Of a DNA stretch of 64,000 bases, positions 11,501-23,500 are shown piece by piece. The notes under the pieces were generated by a model. That model was given only the letters and a program-made list of their open reading frames with translations. It was not told the DNA's origin and made no database searches. The stretch is taken from assembly GCF_036321535.1 (NCBI RefSeq), contig NC_087438.1:560001-624000 (forward strand). Reading direction: 5' to 3'. Numbering within the stretch: position 1 is the first letter of the stretch; each line of letters opens with the position of its first letter. The DNA comes from Camelus dromedarius (taxonomy: Eukaryota). A program made the translations under genes and the position numbers.

Positions 11501-14500
11501 CTTGTGCTGCACTAAACTTATGAGGAGTGCGGGGCGGGCTCATGGCAGCGGAGCAGCCGGGATCAGGGTTACTGGTGGGGTCGGCACCGAGCAGCGGGGG
11601 TCCTGGCGAGGCTCTGTGGAGGTTGGCTGTCCCTGTCCTGGACGTTTGTCCTTCTCCGCACACACTCGCTCCCCACGTCCCCGTCTGATTTCTCCAGCAC
11701 TCCCTGAGGGGCGGGATAGTTCAGAAAACAGGAGTCACCAGTAACAATTGAGATTTTGTTGTGAATAGAACAGATTTCTGTTAAGTAAGCCTGAAAAGGG
11801 GACCTTCCAGCCAACTCTGGAGGCTCATTTCAACTGAGACTCGAGTTGGGGTGGGACTCCCCGTGGCTTCGCACACGGCCCGGACGCCACCCAGTCCCCA
11901 GTCAGCACAGAGCCGTGGTGCGGGGAGTGACCACACGCTGGCAGGAGGCACAGGGTGGGACAGCGTGTGCGTGTGTGTGTCCTGCCCTGCGGATGCCGTC
12001 CGGCCGCAGGCCACTCGGAAGGAGTGATGTTGCCTGTGTGGCGTTCAGCAGACAGGCAGTGGGCACTGCGGCCACAGTGCGGCTCCACAGGCTGGCCCCT
12101 GTGCTCTGGGGACACTATGACCTCTAGAGTCCCAGCCCGTGTGGGGTGTCTGGATGCCATGCCAGGACCTGCCAGAGAGCGTCATTTTCTCTTAGGAGCC
12201 CACTGCGCACTGGTCCTTGGGTACTGGAAGCCTGTTTGGCCCAGTCATGAACGAGGCTGACACGGACACACGCAGAGGCCGGGGGCTCATCTGGATTCGG
12301 GGGGCACTGACATCAGGCCAGGGAATCCCTCCCGAGGTCGGGCGGCATCCGTGCCCTCACCCCACCCCTGCTTCTGGAACTGCCCATGGCCGCACTGCAC
12401 CCACTAGACCGAGGATGCGCCAAGCGGTCCCAACTAGCCCATAGGGGGCCTCCTGCGGGGGACCCCAGAGCCACAAGGTCCCCTCCTGGAGCGGGGTGGG
12501 GAGGTGAGGACCCCATGGGGGAGTCGGCTGCTCTGTCTCCAAGGGCGAGTGGCTGACCTTTGCCTCGCGTCTGCACCTGCAGACCTGGGTGGCTGCTGTA
12601 TGTGGGGAAGAGACCCCCGGGTTGCGGGGGTACAGGAGGTGGGGCCGTCTGTGACCGTGCAGCCAGGAGCATCTGATGCCCAGGAGGGCCTGAGGGCACG
12701 TGGACGGGCCAGACCATGTGTGCAGCCCCGCCCCGCTGGGGTGCCTGTGAGGGGTGTGCAGGGACATGGACCAGGAGAGGCTGCCGGGCACCCCGACCTC
12801 AGGCAGGGGCAGTGGACCCACGCTGGCTGTGGGGGACAGAGGCCGGGTGGCAGAGCCCGTCTCCCACGGTAGGAGGGTGGTTGAAGGGGGCTCCTCCCTG
12901 GATGCTGGTCTCTCGAGATGCTTTCCTGGTGGCCAGGGTCGCTTCGGCACGTGAAGGCGTGCTTTTTCTCGGGCAGGCCTTGCGTGATACGGGCCCTCCA
13001 CGTCTGCGTGTGCACTTGGGGGCTGCTCTCGAGGAGCCCCAGGTGCAGGTGAGGGGCTGTTCACAGAAGGAGGATGCGGGAGCACACGGACACCTGCCCT
13101 GGGGACGCTGTTCTGGAGCCGGGAGCTCACACGGCGAGAGGAGGGGCCCGTGGGACTGAAGCCGGGCTCTGTAACAGCCGACTTTGCTGCTGGGTGAGCG
13201 GAGAGTTCGACTTCCTGAAGTGAAAGGAGAGACCTGACGTCACCTTGCTCTCATCAAGGACGTGACTGGCCGCGTGAGGACACTCGGGGATGCGTCCAGG
13301 CAGTGCCTGTCCCTTCTCTCCTCATCTTTACTTGGGGACAAGGCGTTTGGATGACTTTGAGGGCTTCTGTTGATGTTTCCTTTAATAATCGATGCTGGTT
13401 TGCAGTCTTCAGAAGTCAGCCCTCGGCCCCGGGAGCTGTCTGGTCAACCGTGCCCACTGTTAAGGGGGTGTGAGCGCAGATCCAGACGCAGGTGTCAGCA
13501 CGGCGTGCAGCCGGGCGCCGTCTCGGCTCTCACACCAGGTGCTCCGGGCCGGAGGGCGCTGTGCCCACCCCCTGGGGTTGGCAGCCCCCAAGGAGCCAGG
13601 TGCCCAAGCAGGCGTGGCAGGCGTGTGGTCGCAGGGGCCCCTGCCCTCCTCCTCCCTGAAGAAAGGAAGCTGTGGCCGCCGCAGCCATAGCAGAGGCTGG
13701 GTTTGCCAACGCCGGTTCCGGCCGGGCCGGAGTGCAGTCCCGCTCACGAGTCTGTGCGGCGGCCGGGGCTCTAGGGGAGCTGTCTGGGTTGGCTGCACAG
13801 TGTTGCCGTCGGCGACGCCTGCATCAGAAACTCGCTGGGTTTGGAAGAAAAGCCTGTGGCATCTGGAAGTTCTCCAGGAACCTCCCCCAGCCCGAGGCAG
13901 GCCTGGCATGTGGATCCCTGTGGAGCCCTCTCCTGGGCGTAGGTCCCGGCACGGGTGCCCCAGAGGGCTGTCCCGGCCGTCTGGGTGGCCCCGTGGAGGG
14001 AGAGGGCCCAGCCCTGCCTGGCCGTCGTGTTGGTGACAGCCCAGGACCATGTGTGGGTCTGCTGTCCTCAGCGGGCCCGGTGCCCTTTCCATCCAGCAAG
14101 GCGCCCGTGGACAACTCTGCGTGTGGGGGTGGGGCTGCCAGTGTCACAGCAGAAAACCCTGCTGGTGTGAGCTTCCCAGGGGAGGTGGCCTTGGCGTCCG
14201 GCTGTGTCTGGGTTTCCTGGGGCCATGGTCACAGCAGGAACTCCTCGTCCCGGTCCTGGGGGCTGGGGATCCAGGGGTCCAGGCCCTCCTGCCGGGCCAT
14301 CCTCACAGGGTCGCTCCCAAGACGTGATGTCCTCTTTGTCAGAGCAGCCTGCGGAGCAGGGTCCACCCTCATGACCTCGTCCTAAGTGAGGACCTCTGCA
14401 GTGATCCCAGCCCCGCACACAGCCACGTCCTCAGGAACTTGGGCACAGCAGCCCTAACAGGCCACAAGGTTTCCTCAGCTCAGAACTGGCTTCCACTTCC

Positions 14501-17500
14501 CGCCACCCTGGCCCCTCCACGTCCACCCTGTACCAGCCCCACCGCTGCTGGGCTGTCCCGCTGTGACGGCCGAGCGTGAGGTGTCCGTGTGGCCTGAGAA
14601 CACGAGGCCGTGCCCGCTCTCGGCCTCAGCCCCTGGGCTCCTTTTCCTGGCGTTTTATTAACAACCATTTTGCTGTGCGACGTCTGTGCTTTTCTCCAGG
14701 CTCCACCCCTCCTGAGACCCCTCCACATCCCCTGGTCCCGACACTTGGGCTGTCTGTCTGTCCACCCCAAGATGCGCTCTCTCCACACCGCTCACCCCAG
14801 TGTCACCTGGCGTTCTCGGCTCTGCTGTCCAGACCAGGCCAGTGGCTTGAGTCCCTGAACCAGTGCGTCCCCAGGATGGGGTCTCCTGGGGAGAGAGGAC
14901 TGAGGAAGGCCTGGTCCACCAACATCAGGGTCTCCCACAGCCGCTCTGACCAAACGCTCCTCCACCCCGGCCAGGCGGCCGCTGCACCCTGGCTGCAGGA
15001 GCTGCCTGAGCGTTGCTGCTCCCCGCCAGGGTCCCCTGCTTCCCGGAGGTCCCCCTGGAAGGGCTTCTGGGAGGTGGGGCCGGGGAGGGGCCGCATGCCT
15101 GGCTTTCTGGTTCCAGTGTCCAGAGCCAGAGCCTGTAATCCTGCTGGCTGCTGTGCCTGGAGAAGGGCGGCTGCCTCTGCGCCGTTCCCCTGCCCCCTCC
15201 AGCAGCACTTGTGAATGCCCCCCCCCCCCAGAAGAAGCACGGGAAGCGCCCTCTCTCTGAGTCCTGAGCTCCTGCCCTGACTGGAAGGCAGAGAGCCCGC
15301 GGGCTGGGTGCTTCCCACACCCACGGCCTCGCCGCGCCTGCTGGGGTCTGTCTGCAGCTCCTGGCCTCTCCTCTCCCCCTCCCCCCTTCTCCCCGGCTCC
15401 TCTCCTTTACGTCCAGACCTGTGGGAGATTGGCCAACCCCGCCTGGAGGCCAGGGGCCCTGGCCGTCCCAGGGCTTGCTGCTTCCTCCTGGAGGCTTTGG
15501 GTGATTCCTCCTGCGGGGAGCTGGACCCCTGGTCTCACTCGTGGTCAGAGGACACTGGATGTTTGAAGGTAGATCATCCTGGAGTTTCTGGGACTTTGAT
15601 AGCTAATCAAGGTTAGGAATGCCTTAAAATTAAATATTTTGAAGTAATTATGTGAAAAAGCAGCCTCAGTCTCCCTGTTTTGAGGTCCTGGGGCAGCTGT
15701 GACGAAAACCACGAACTGGGTGGCCTAAGGCAGCAGCTCTTTCCTGTCTCTTGGTTCTGGGGCCAGAAGCCTGACATCAAGCTGTCGGCAGGGCCGCACT
15801 CCCTCCGAGGCCCCGGGGGAGGGTCCTTCCTGCCTCTTCCAGCTGCCGGGGTTCCAGGCGTCCCTGGACGTGTGGCCACATCCCTGTGGTCTCTGCCTCC
15901 GCCTCTGTGTGGCTTCTTTGCATTTCTGTGTCTCTCCTCTCCTTACGGGGACCCCACCATTGGATCAGGGGCCCGTACTCAGCCAATCACAGCTACAGAG
16001 GCCAGCCCGTCTCCAGGGGAGGCCACACTCTGAGGCTCCGGGTGGGTGTGGGTTTGCGGGGCACCGGGAGAACGGTGTCTGGCACCGGGATCCACTCAGG
16101 CGTGGAAGGGGCTTGCATAAGGAGCGTCGGCAGCCAGGCTCTTCTGACCGGATCTGTGCATCTTCAGGTGATGCGTCCATCTGAGATCCTTATTCTGAGA
16201 CCGCCCCAAGTGTCCCCACGAGCGGCCGAGTTGCTACGTTTTAGTATTTGCTGATTTAAGACTGTATCTCTGGATCGACTTCTAGGCCCAGGAAACCGGC
16301 CCCATACTTGTAGAACGAAGATAAGTTCTATGTCATGGCACCGACTCAGGGACAGTCACCGTTTAGCTCCCAGTCACGGCTCCCAGCCTGTCGCCTCTCT
16401 GAGATGGATTCCTGATTCTGTGCAGCCGGCCTGGAGGGGAAGGTGGCTGGCAGGGCCTCGCCGAGAGCCCAGCCCAGCCCAGCTCAGCCCACACCCAGGT
16501 TGTTAAAAGCTGGATTGTGGATGTGGCTGTGTCTGCATTTGAAACAGTCTGATTAGCTTGCAGCCATTTTAAGAGCACTGAATTACTTCACTTGAGGAGG
16601 AGACCTTGGGGGTCTGCTCTAGGCTGAGTAAGCAGCTCGACCAGGCGGGTTATGAAGGTCTTGGCTGGGTGAGGCTCCAAGCAGACACAGCTGCAGGCCC
16701 TCCTGGGCCTTGCTCAGCAAGGCCTTGCCCGTTGGGGTGGACCTGCTTGCTCTGGGGGCTTCAGGACTGGCCTTTCGTGTGCCCGAGAGCCTGGAACCTG
16801 CTTTCGTGGTGCGGAGCAGGGTTCCACACTGAAGGGGCCTGTGAAGACTGGGACACAACTGCACTTGGCCCATAAGTCCTCTGGGAACCCAGAAGCCTCC
16901 TGAGCCGCCAGCCCCATGCAAGCTGCAGATAAATGTCCTCTCTGCACTGGAGGAACTTGCTCCTGGTGGGTGTGGGCACCTTCCCCGCCGGCTGCAGTTC
17001 ACCCTTGGTCAGCTCACAGTCACTTGCCCGGAGCCTGCGGTCCCCCCACTGCCTCCCGAGCAGCCCAGGTGGGCTCCGTGCATCGATAGCCCCCGCCTGG
17101 AGGTTGAGGTGGGGTGCAGGGTGGGCTCCACACCATGGTGGACGGCCAGGACCTGGACAGCGCCTGCTGTGAGCACTGTGGCCAACGCCGGTCCACTCCC
17201 AGCGGGCTTCCAGCACCTTTTTGCCAAGTAGCGGGTCAGACATCAGGGCCTCTGTATTTGGAAGCAATCTTGACCTTACTGCCTCTGGCCAGGAACCTGG
17301 GGGAGGTGGGACTGCCGTGGTCCCTCCCAGAAGCTGTGCAGGGGCCATCCTGTGAGCTGCAGGCAGGGTGTTGGTGGGGGGAGCCCTGCTGCGGGGCTGC
17401 AGCCCAGCCAGCAATCTCTGTGACCTCAGCCAGTCTGTGTGTCTCAAGGCCCAGCGTCCCTGCCAGTAGGTGGGAGGTGGAACGGGATGCTCCTGGGAGG

Positions 17501-20500
17501 CGCTGTCCAGCGGGACCGGGCGTGGCCTATATCCACCATGCCCTCGACAGTCACCGCTGGCCACGTCTGTGCTTGGAACATGGCTAGTGTGGCAGGGAGC
17601 CGATTTCTAACGTGGTCTCACTTTAATAAATGTAAACGCATGCCACGTGGACAGCACGGCTCCAGAAAGCACCGTTTGGCATCCAGCAAGCCCCATGTCT
17701 CCTTCCTCTGTGGCTGGAGTTTGGAGGCGGAGAGCCCAGGCCATCTTATCGGGTGTCACTCCTGTGAAGGCCTCATCACCGAGGTGGGCACAATGAGTGT
17801 CCTGAGGGCATGTGCAAACCCTGCTCATTTTTGAACACTCTAGAGGCTTTGGTTTTTAAATTGGCAGGAGGCTTTTCAGATGTAAGAAAGCAAAGCAGAT
17901 TGTAGCACTAGGGTTCTGCAGTTCCTGCTTTTGTGCGGCAGGTGACGCACCCAGATGTGCACGTGTGGAGGCATTCGGGGGCACTGACCACCTCCTTCCT
18001 TGCCAGAGCCACAAGCAGGGGGAGGCCGCTCTTGGTGGTCCTGGGGCCCAGGGGACCCACCGCCACCTGCTTCTCGCCCATGGAGGTTTGTTGGCAGAGC
18101 AGCAGAAGGGCTGCCGGGAAGCCACCTTGCACCGCAGATGAAATTGGCCAGGACGCTGTGAGGCCCTGATTTGTAATCTGTGGTGGACTCTGCTGCAGGG
18201 AATGTGGGAGGGACAGTCAGTGCCTTGGGTCTTCCCACTGACCTGTGAGATCAGAAGTGCTGGTGTTTGTGGGTGAGGAGGGAGGGCAGTGAAAGGATGT
18301 CATGGGAGGTAAAGTCCTGGGTCCAGACTCCACAGGCATCGGTGCTGACGGGCCATGTGTGCCTGGGAATGGGCTGCTGGGGGGGCCTGCCCGAGCTGCC
18401 TGAAAAGCTGATGCTGAGGGGTGTTTAACCCAGCCAAGCTGGGGGGCTGTGTGTGTGATTTTCAGGCGCGAGTTAGTGCCAGGTGGCGATTCCCCAGAGG
18501 AAGGAACCCAGCCAGGTGCCCAGATTAAAGCTGCAGCCTGGAGGTCGTGGCGTGGAACAGGGGACCCAGACAGCTCCCGAGGGCCCTGGTGACCCACTGG
18601 AGGAGAGGGGTTTTCAGAGAGTTGGGGAGCACCCAGGTCTGCTGGCGGCTGCTCTGCTGGTGTGTGAGAGGTCGGGAAAGAACCACTGGGAAGGGGTGGC
18701 ACCACAAGCCCTGGGGCTCGGGGGGTGGGGGGCAGGGGGGCGAACGCTTTGCTTCCATCAATCGGAGCAGAACAGGCAGGTCCTCGGAAGGCATCACCTT
18801 CACAGTGTGGCTGAGCACCTAGACTACAGGCTTAAAAGCAAACCTAAGGCCAAAAATCCGCACTCAGTAACAAAATACAACATTGTTTGAAGGAATATAA
18901 CCAAATCCAGCACAGACAGAAGTCACGATGTCCAGCACACAATCAAAATTTTCCAGGCATGAGAAGAGCAGAGAAGTTACGATCCATCACTGGAAGAGAA
19001 GCATTCCGTAGAAACAGACTGAACCACGACCGTGACGATGGAACTAGCAGACGGGACGTCAGGACAGCAAGGACAGACACACTGTAAGTTCTCCGGGAGG
19101 AGGAGGAGATGTGGTCATGGGAGGTGAGAAGGGGAAGAAGGCGCTGGAAACCCAGAGGGAGTGTCTGGAGGTGAGAGAACCGTATCTGAATGAACAGTCC
19201 GTGGATGGCAAGCGACACACAGCGGAAGAAAAGATGAGTGACCTGGAAGCCGAATCAAGAGAGAGGCCGGGACGCGGCTGGGCAGGAGGGCGTCAGCCTT
19301 GCTGTGTGGCCCTGGTCACGGGGGGTGACCCCTGCAGCCTCCAGCCGTCCACCCAGGAGAGTGATGCTGTTCACTGGTGCCTCCTTTCACGGAGGGCTTA
19401 AGTGATGTGCCCAAAGTCAGAGCACGAGGGACTGTGGGGCCGAGACCGCCCCCCTCAGCAGACTCCCGGTCCTGCTGTCCAGGCATCTGCGGCTCCCAGG
19501 CCGGGAGGATCAGTCAGATGGCACAGTGGTGCGTGAGAGAAACCGGAGGGGATGTCCTCCGCTGATGTGGTGGCCTGAGTACAGCGGGGAGGTGGCCCTG
19601 ACAGAAGGCCTGACCCGGGGAGCGACAGGGAGGTGCCCCCGGCTCTCAGCTGAGGTGGCACGTGCAGGGGACTTGTGAAAACAGGGGAGGGAGGAAGAAT
19701 GACTGGGGCCCACACCCATGCTCCCTCCTCCCAGTGTCCACATGGCTGCTTTCCAGACCTCGCGCGGCTCAAGGAGGGTCTGAGATGGCGTCGCCCACTG
19801 GGGGAGCGGCAGTGCACTGGGGCGGAGGACCCCACACCCAGCCACCCGCTGCCTCTCGGGGACTCCCAGCCCCGCGTCTTCCCACCTTTGGGGAGACAGG
19901 CTGGAGCCCTTTCTCTCTTTCCATTGGTTTGTCTGAAACAATGTAAGTTTCTTTAAACCAGAGCTGGCTTGGCCTTCAGGAAAGACAGCGCTTTTTTGTG
20001 TTTCTCGACGTCTCCCCTGAGGCCTGAGATGTGTTTCTGGTTTCTTCCAGCGCTCAGGGAGGGTTGAGGTGATGAGTCAGCTGTGTCTGGGGTCCTCATG
20101 CCAAGGCAGGGATGCCATGGCCCCTTGTCCCTGGGGTGGTGGGGGACAAGGCGGCAGGTGCTCTCCCCACGGGCTGAGCCCGCCCAGCTGAAAGGCCTCA
20201 CCTGGGACTCCGCAGACCTGTGCCGACCTGTCTCTGGCCAGAGGCCACCCTCCGGGGAGGGAGCTCAGGCAATGCTGGCCTGCCGGCTGTGTGAGATGGA
20301 ACTGCCTAGAAGTGCCTGGCCTGGTGCTCAGGTGCCCAGCCCTCATTTCCCGTCCTATGGCCTGTCCTGGAGAAGGACAGTGCCTGTCCTCCGGGTCCCG
20401 GGACAGAGGCACATCATGCCTGATGCGAGGTTTCTTGGGGACCACCCGGAGCAGGGCTGCAGGGCCCGGCGGGTCTCTTGCTCTTGGGGTTCAGCCTGTG

Positions 20501-23500
20501 CTCCCCAGGGTGTCCGGAACCACACAACTGCCCAGGCCTGGTACCGCTTTTGAGACAAGAGCATCGTTTAACAAAGACGTTTTTCCAGACACCTACAGAT
20601 GGCCAACGGGTACATGGAAAGGTGCTCAACTTCACTGATCATCAGGGAAGTGCAAACCAAACCACAGTGAGCTATCAACTCCCACCTGTCAGAATGGCCA
20701 TCATCAAAAAGACAGCAAATAACAAGTGCTGGCGAGCGTGCTGACGAAAGGGAGCCCTCGTGCGCCGTTGGCGGGAATGTAAATGGGTATAGCATGAGGT
20801 TCCTCAAAACACTAAAAACATAGCTACCGTGTGACCCAGCAGTCCCGCTGCTGGGTGTGTATCCAAAGCAAACGAAGACACCGGTCAGAAAAGGCGCGTG
20901 TGCCTCGGTGTTCACGGCGGCTCTGCTGACGGCAGCCAGGACGTGGAGGCAGCCCGAGTGCCCAGCGACGGATGGCGGCACGAGGAAGACACGGAACACG
21001 CACACAGCGGAACACCTCTCAGCCGTAAAATGGGTGAGATCGCGCCCTTGTGACTAAGGAATGGATGTGGAGGGCCTTAAGCCAAGTGAAATAACTCAGA
21101 GAAAGACAAATGCCACGTGATCCTCCTAAACGTAGAATAAAACAGACGAAGTCGAGCTCGTAGGTACAGAGAGCGCGTTGCTGGTTGCTGGAGGTGGGGG
21201 GTGGGTAGGAGAACTGGGTGAAGGGGGTCAAAGGGTTTAAAAGGGCACGTATGGGTCTCCTCAGAACACTTTTTAACTTTCACACGTGGGGTCTCAACTA
21301 AATCGCTTCAAGGGTGGACTTTGGTTTCTGCCTGTAAAAGCAGCTACGGTTCCGTCCCTGCTCCTTTAAGATCCGGCTGTGGCTGGGGTGAGGGTGGGGC
21401 AGACTGCACTCCCCTTTGACCCCAGGGGCCTGGAAGCAGCAACAGAGCTGGTTCGAGGGTAATTACCTCTCAGGGAGTCTTTCTACCTGACGCTAGGGAG
21501 GAGCTTTCAAAGGAAGGGAAACCCTTATTACTTTTCTTAGTGTGGTTCAGCCCACTGGGTCCTGGGGCTGTAATCACATACACACCCGTGACATTGCCAG
21601 TCTTTATCTCTGCTGCGGCCCGGACATCACGTGTTAACACACGGAGCCTTCTAAACTGAAAAAAAAAAAACATAAAATGCATGGGGTTCTTTGGAATTAC
21701 TGTTCCTTTGAAATAGGAAACATGAGGCTTTAATACGAATGCAAGAAAACAGAAAGTCCAGTGTTTTTTCCTGAGAAAGAATTCAGGTGGAGGAAGATGA
21801 ATCTGGGTTTGCATTTAACACCCAGGGGCGTTAAACTTCATCTAAACAGAATGATGGCGGGTGCGATGGTTCAGGCGCATGGGGCGTGGGTCCTGTCAAT
21901 AGTGCCTGTGCTGTGACCTCTGCGGCCGGGAAGCTCCGAGGGCAGCGGCAGAATTTGGAAGCTCGATCACCCATGATTTGCCTTTTTCTGTGAAGTTACT
22001 CACTGCCAGCTCTGAAGAGAGAAACAGTAGCAGGCGTGACTGGGAGAAAGCTAGGTCTGCAGACAAGCTGCAAGATGATCTAGCGTTAAGCTAAAACCAG
22101 AGTTCCAGGGTGCTGAGAGCTGAAGTCACTGAGGAAGTTCCTGGCGTACTTTGTGGCCACTTCTCAATTTTCTGGGGTGGAGATTGTGTGTGTGTGTGCA
22201 TGCACGTGTGTAAGTGTGTGTTCACAGGTATGTATGCGTACATGCATGTGTATATATGTTCACAGTGTATCTATGGGCCCACACGTGTGCACACACGTGT
22301 ATGTTCGTGCATGTGTATACATGTTCGTGCATATGCATCTATGTGTATATGTGTGCACCCACGTGTTCACAGTGTACACGCACATGTCTGTGTACTTGTG
22401 TGTTCATGCACGTGTGTGTATGTGCTCGTGCGTGTGTGTGTGAGTGTGTGTACACATATGTAAGGTGTTTATATAGCTTCTCACTGGCCTCCCCTTGGTT
22501 ATGCTTTCCCTGCACGGGTCTCATGGTGGAGTTACTTCCCCAGCAGGTGGCCTGGATCCCCCCCCCCCCAGTAACTCATTCATAACCGTGCCCTGTGGGC
22601 CTGCCACTGGCTGAGCTGCCCGGGGTGTGTCCCCCTGGTGTGTGTTTCCAGCCCCCTGCACGGGCATGGCAGCCTTTCTGCGGCAAGGTCCGAGTGCAGG
22701 TCCTTGGGGACCCTCTCGGGTCAGGGTGTTTTTGGGGGTGACTGCCAACAAATAAACCTCCATGGTGTGTGATAGCAGAACTATGAACAGCTGTGGTGGG
22801 GTGAGGTGAGGATTGAGGTGAGCATGGAGACAGGAGCCATTTCCGCTTTCTGGCCTCACACAGGAAGCAGGTTATGGCAGCGTGCTGCCGCCGGAGGTCT
22901 ACAGATGTTTATTTCAGGAGAACCTTTGATCCCCAACGACTGAGTTTGTAGATGTAAATTCCACATTTGGTTACTCAGCCCGGGTACACGGCCCTGACCC
23001 GGAAGCACCGATGGGCGAAGCCCAGGGATCTGGAAGCCTGGTGTGAACTTGGAAGGAAGAGGCTGAAAGCCTGTGTGTTGTGCAGAAGCCGCCCCTCCCG
23101 GATGCCGCGTGGTCCTTACTCTTTCGCTTTAAAATCAGAAGTTCACAGTCACGTGCACAGTGGCCCTTGAATGGAAACCCTCCGTGGGCCTCACTGTGCT
23201 GGGACTGCTGAGCCCATAAAACAACACGTCACATCTGAAACTGTTCAGCCGCTGCAGCCAGGACTCCCACCGCCAAGCTGCCCCGGCGTCTCAGACAGAC
23301 GCGCTGCCCCAGCGCCTTCCAGTCCGTTCTGCCGGCAGCCCAGGCGGAAAGCGCCTCCATCTCATTCGCGGTGCTTCTGATGAGAAGGAGGCCCGGGCAG
23401 GTGCGCCCCCGCCAGCCCTCGGTCCTGCGTTGGCAGAAGCCCCACCCCCGACTTGGTAAAAGAGGCCCCGGCGTTCTCTGCCACCTGAGGCCACTGTTCC

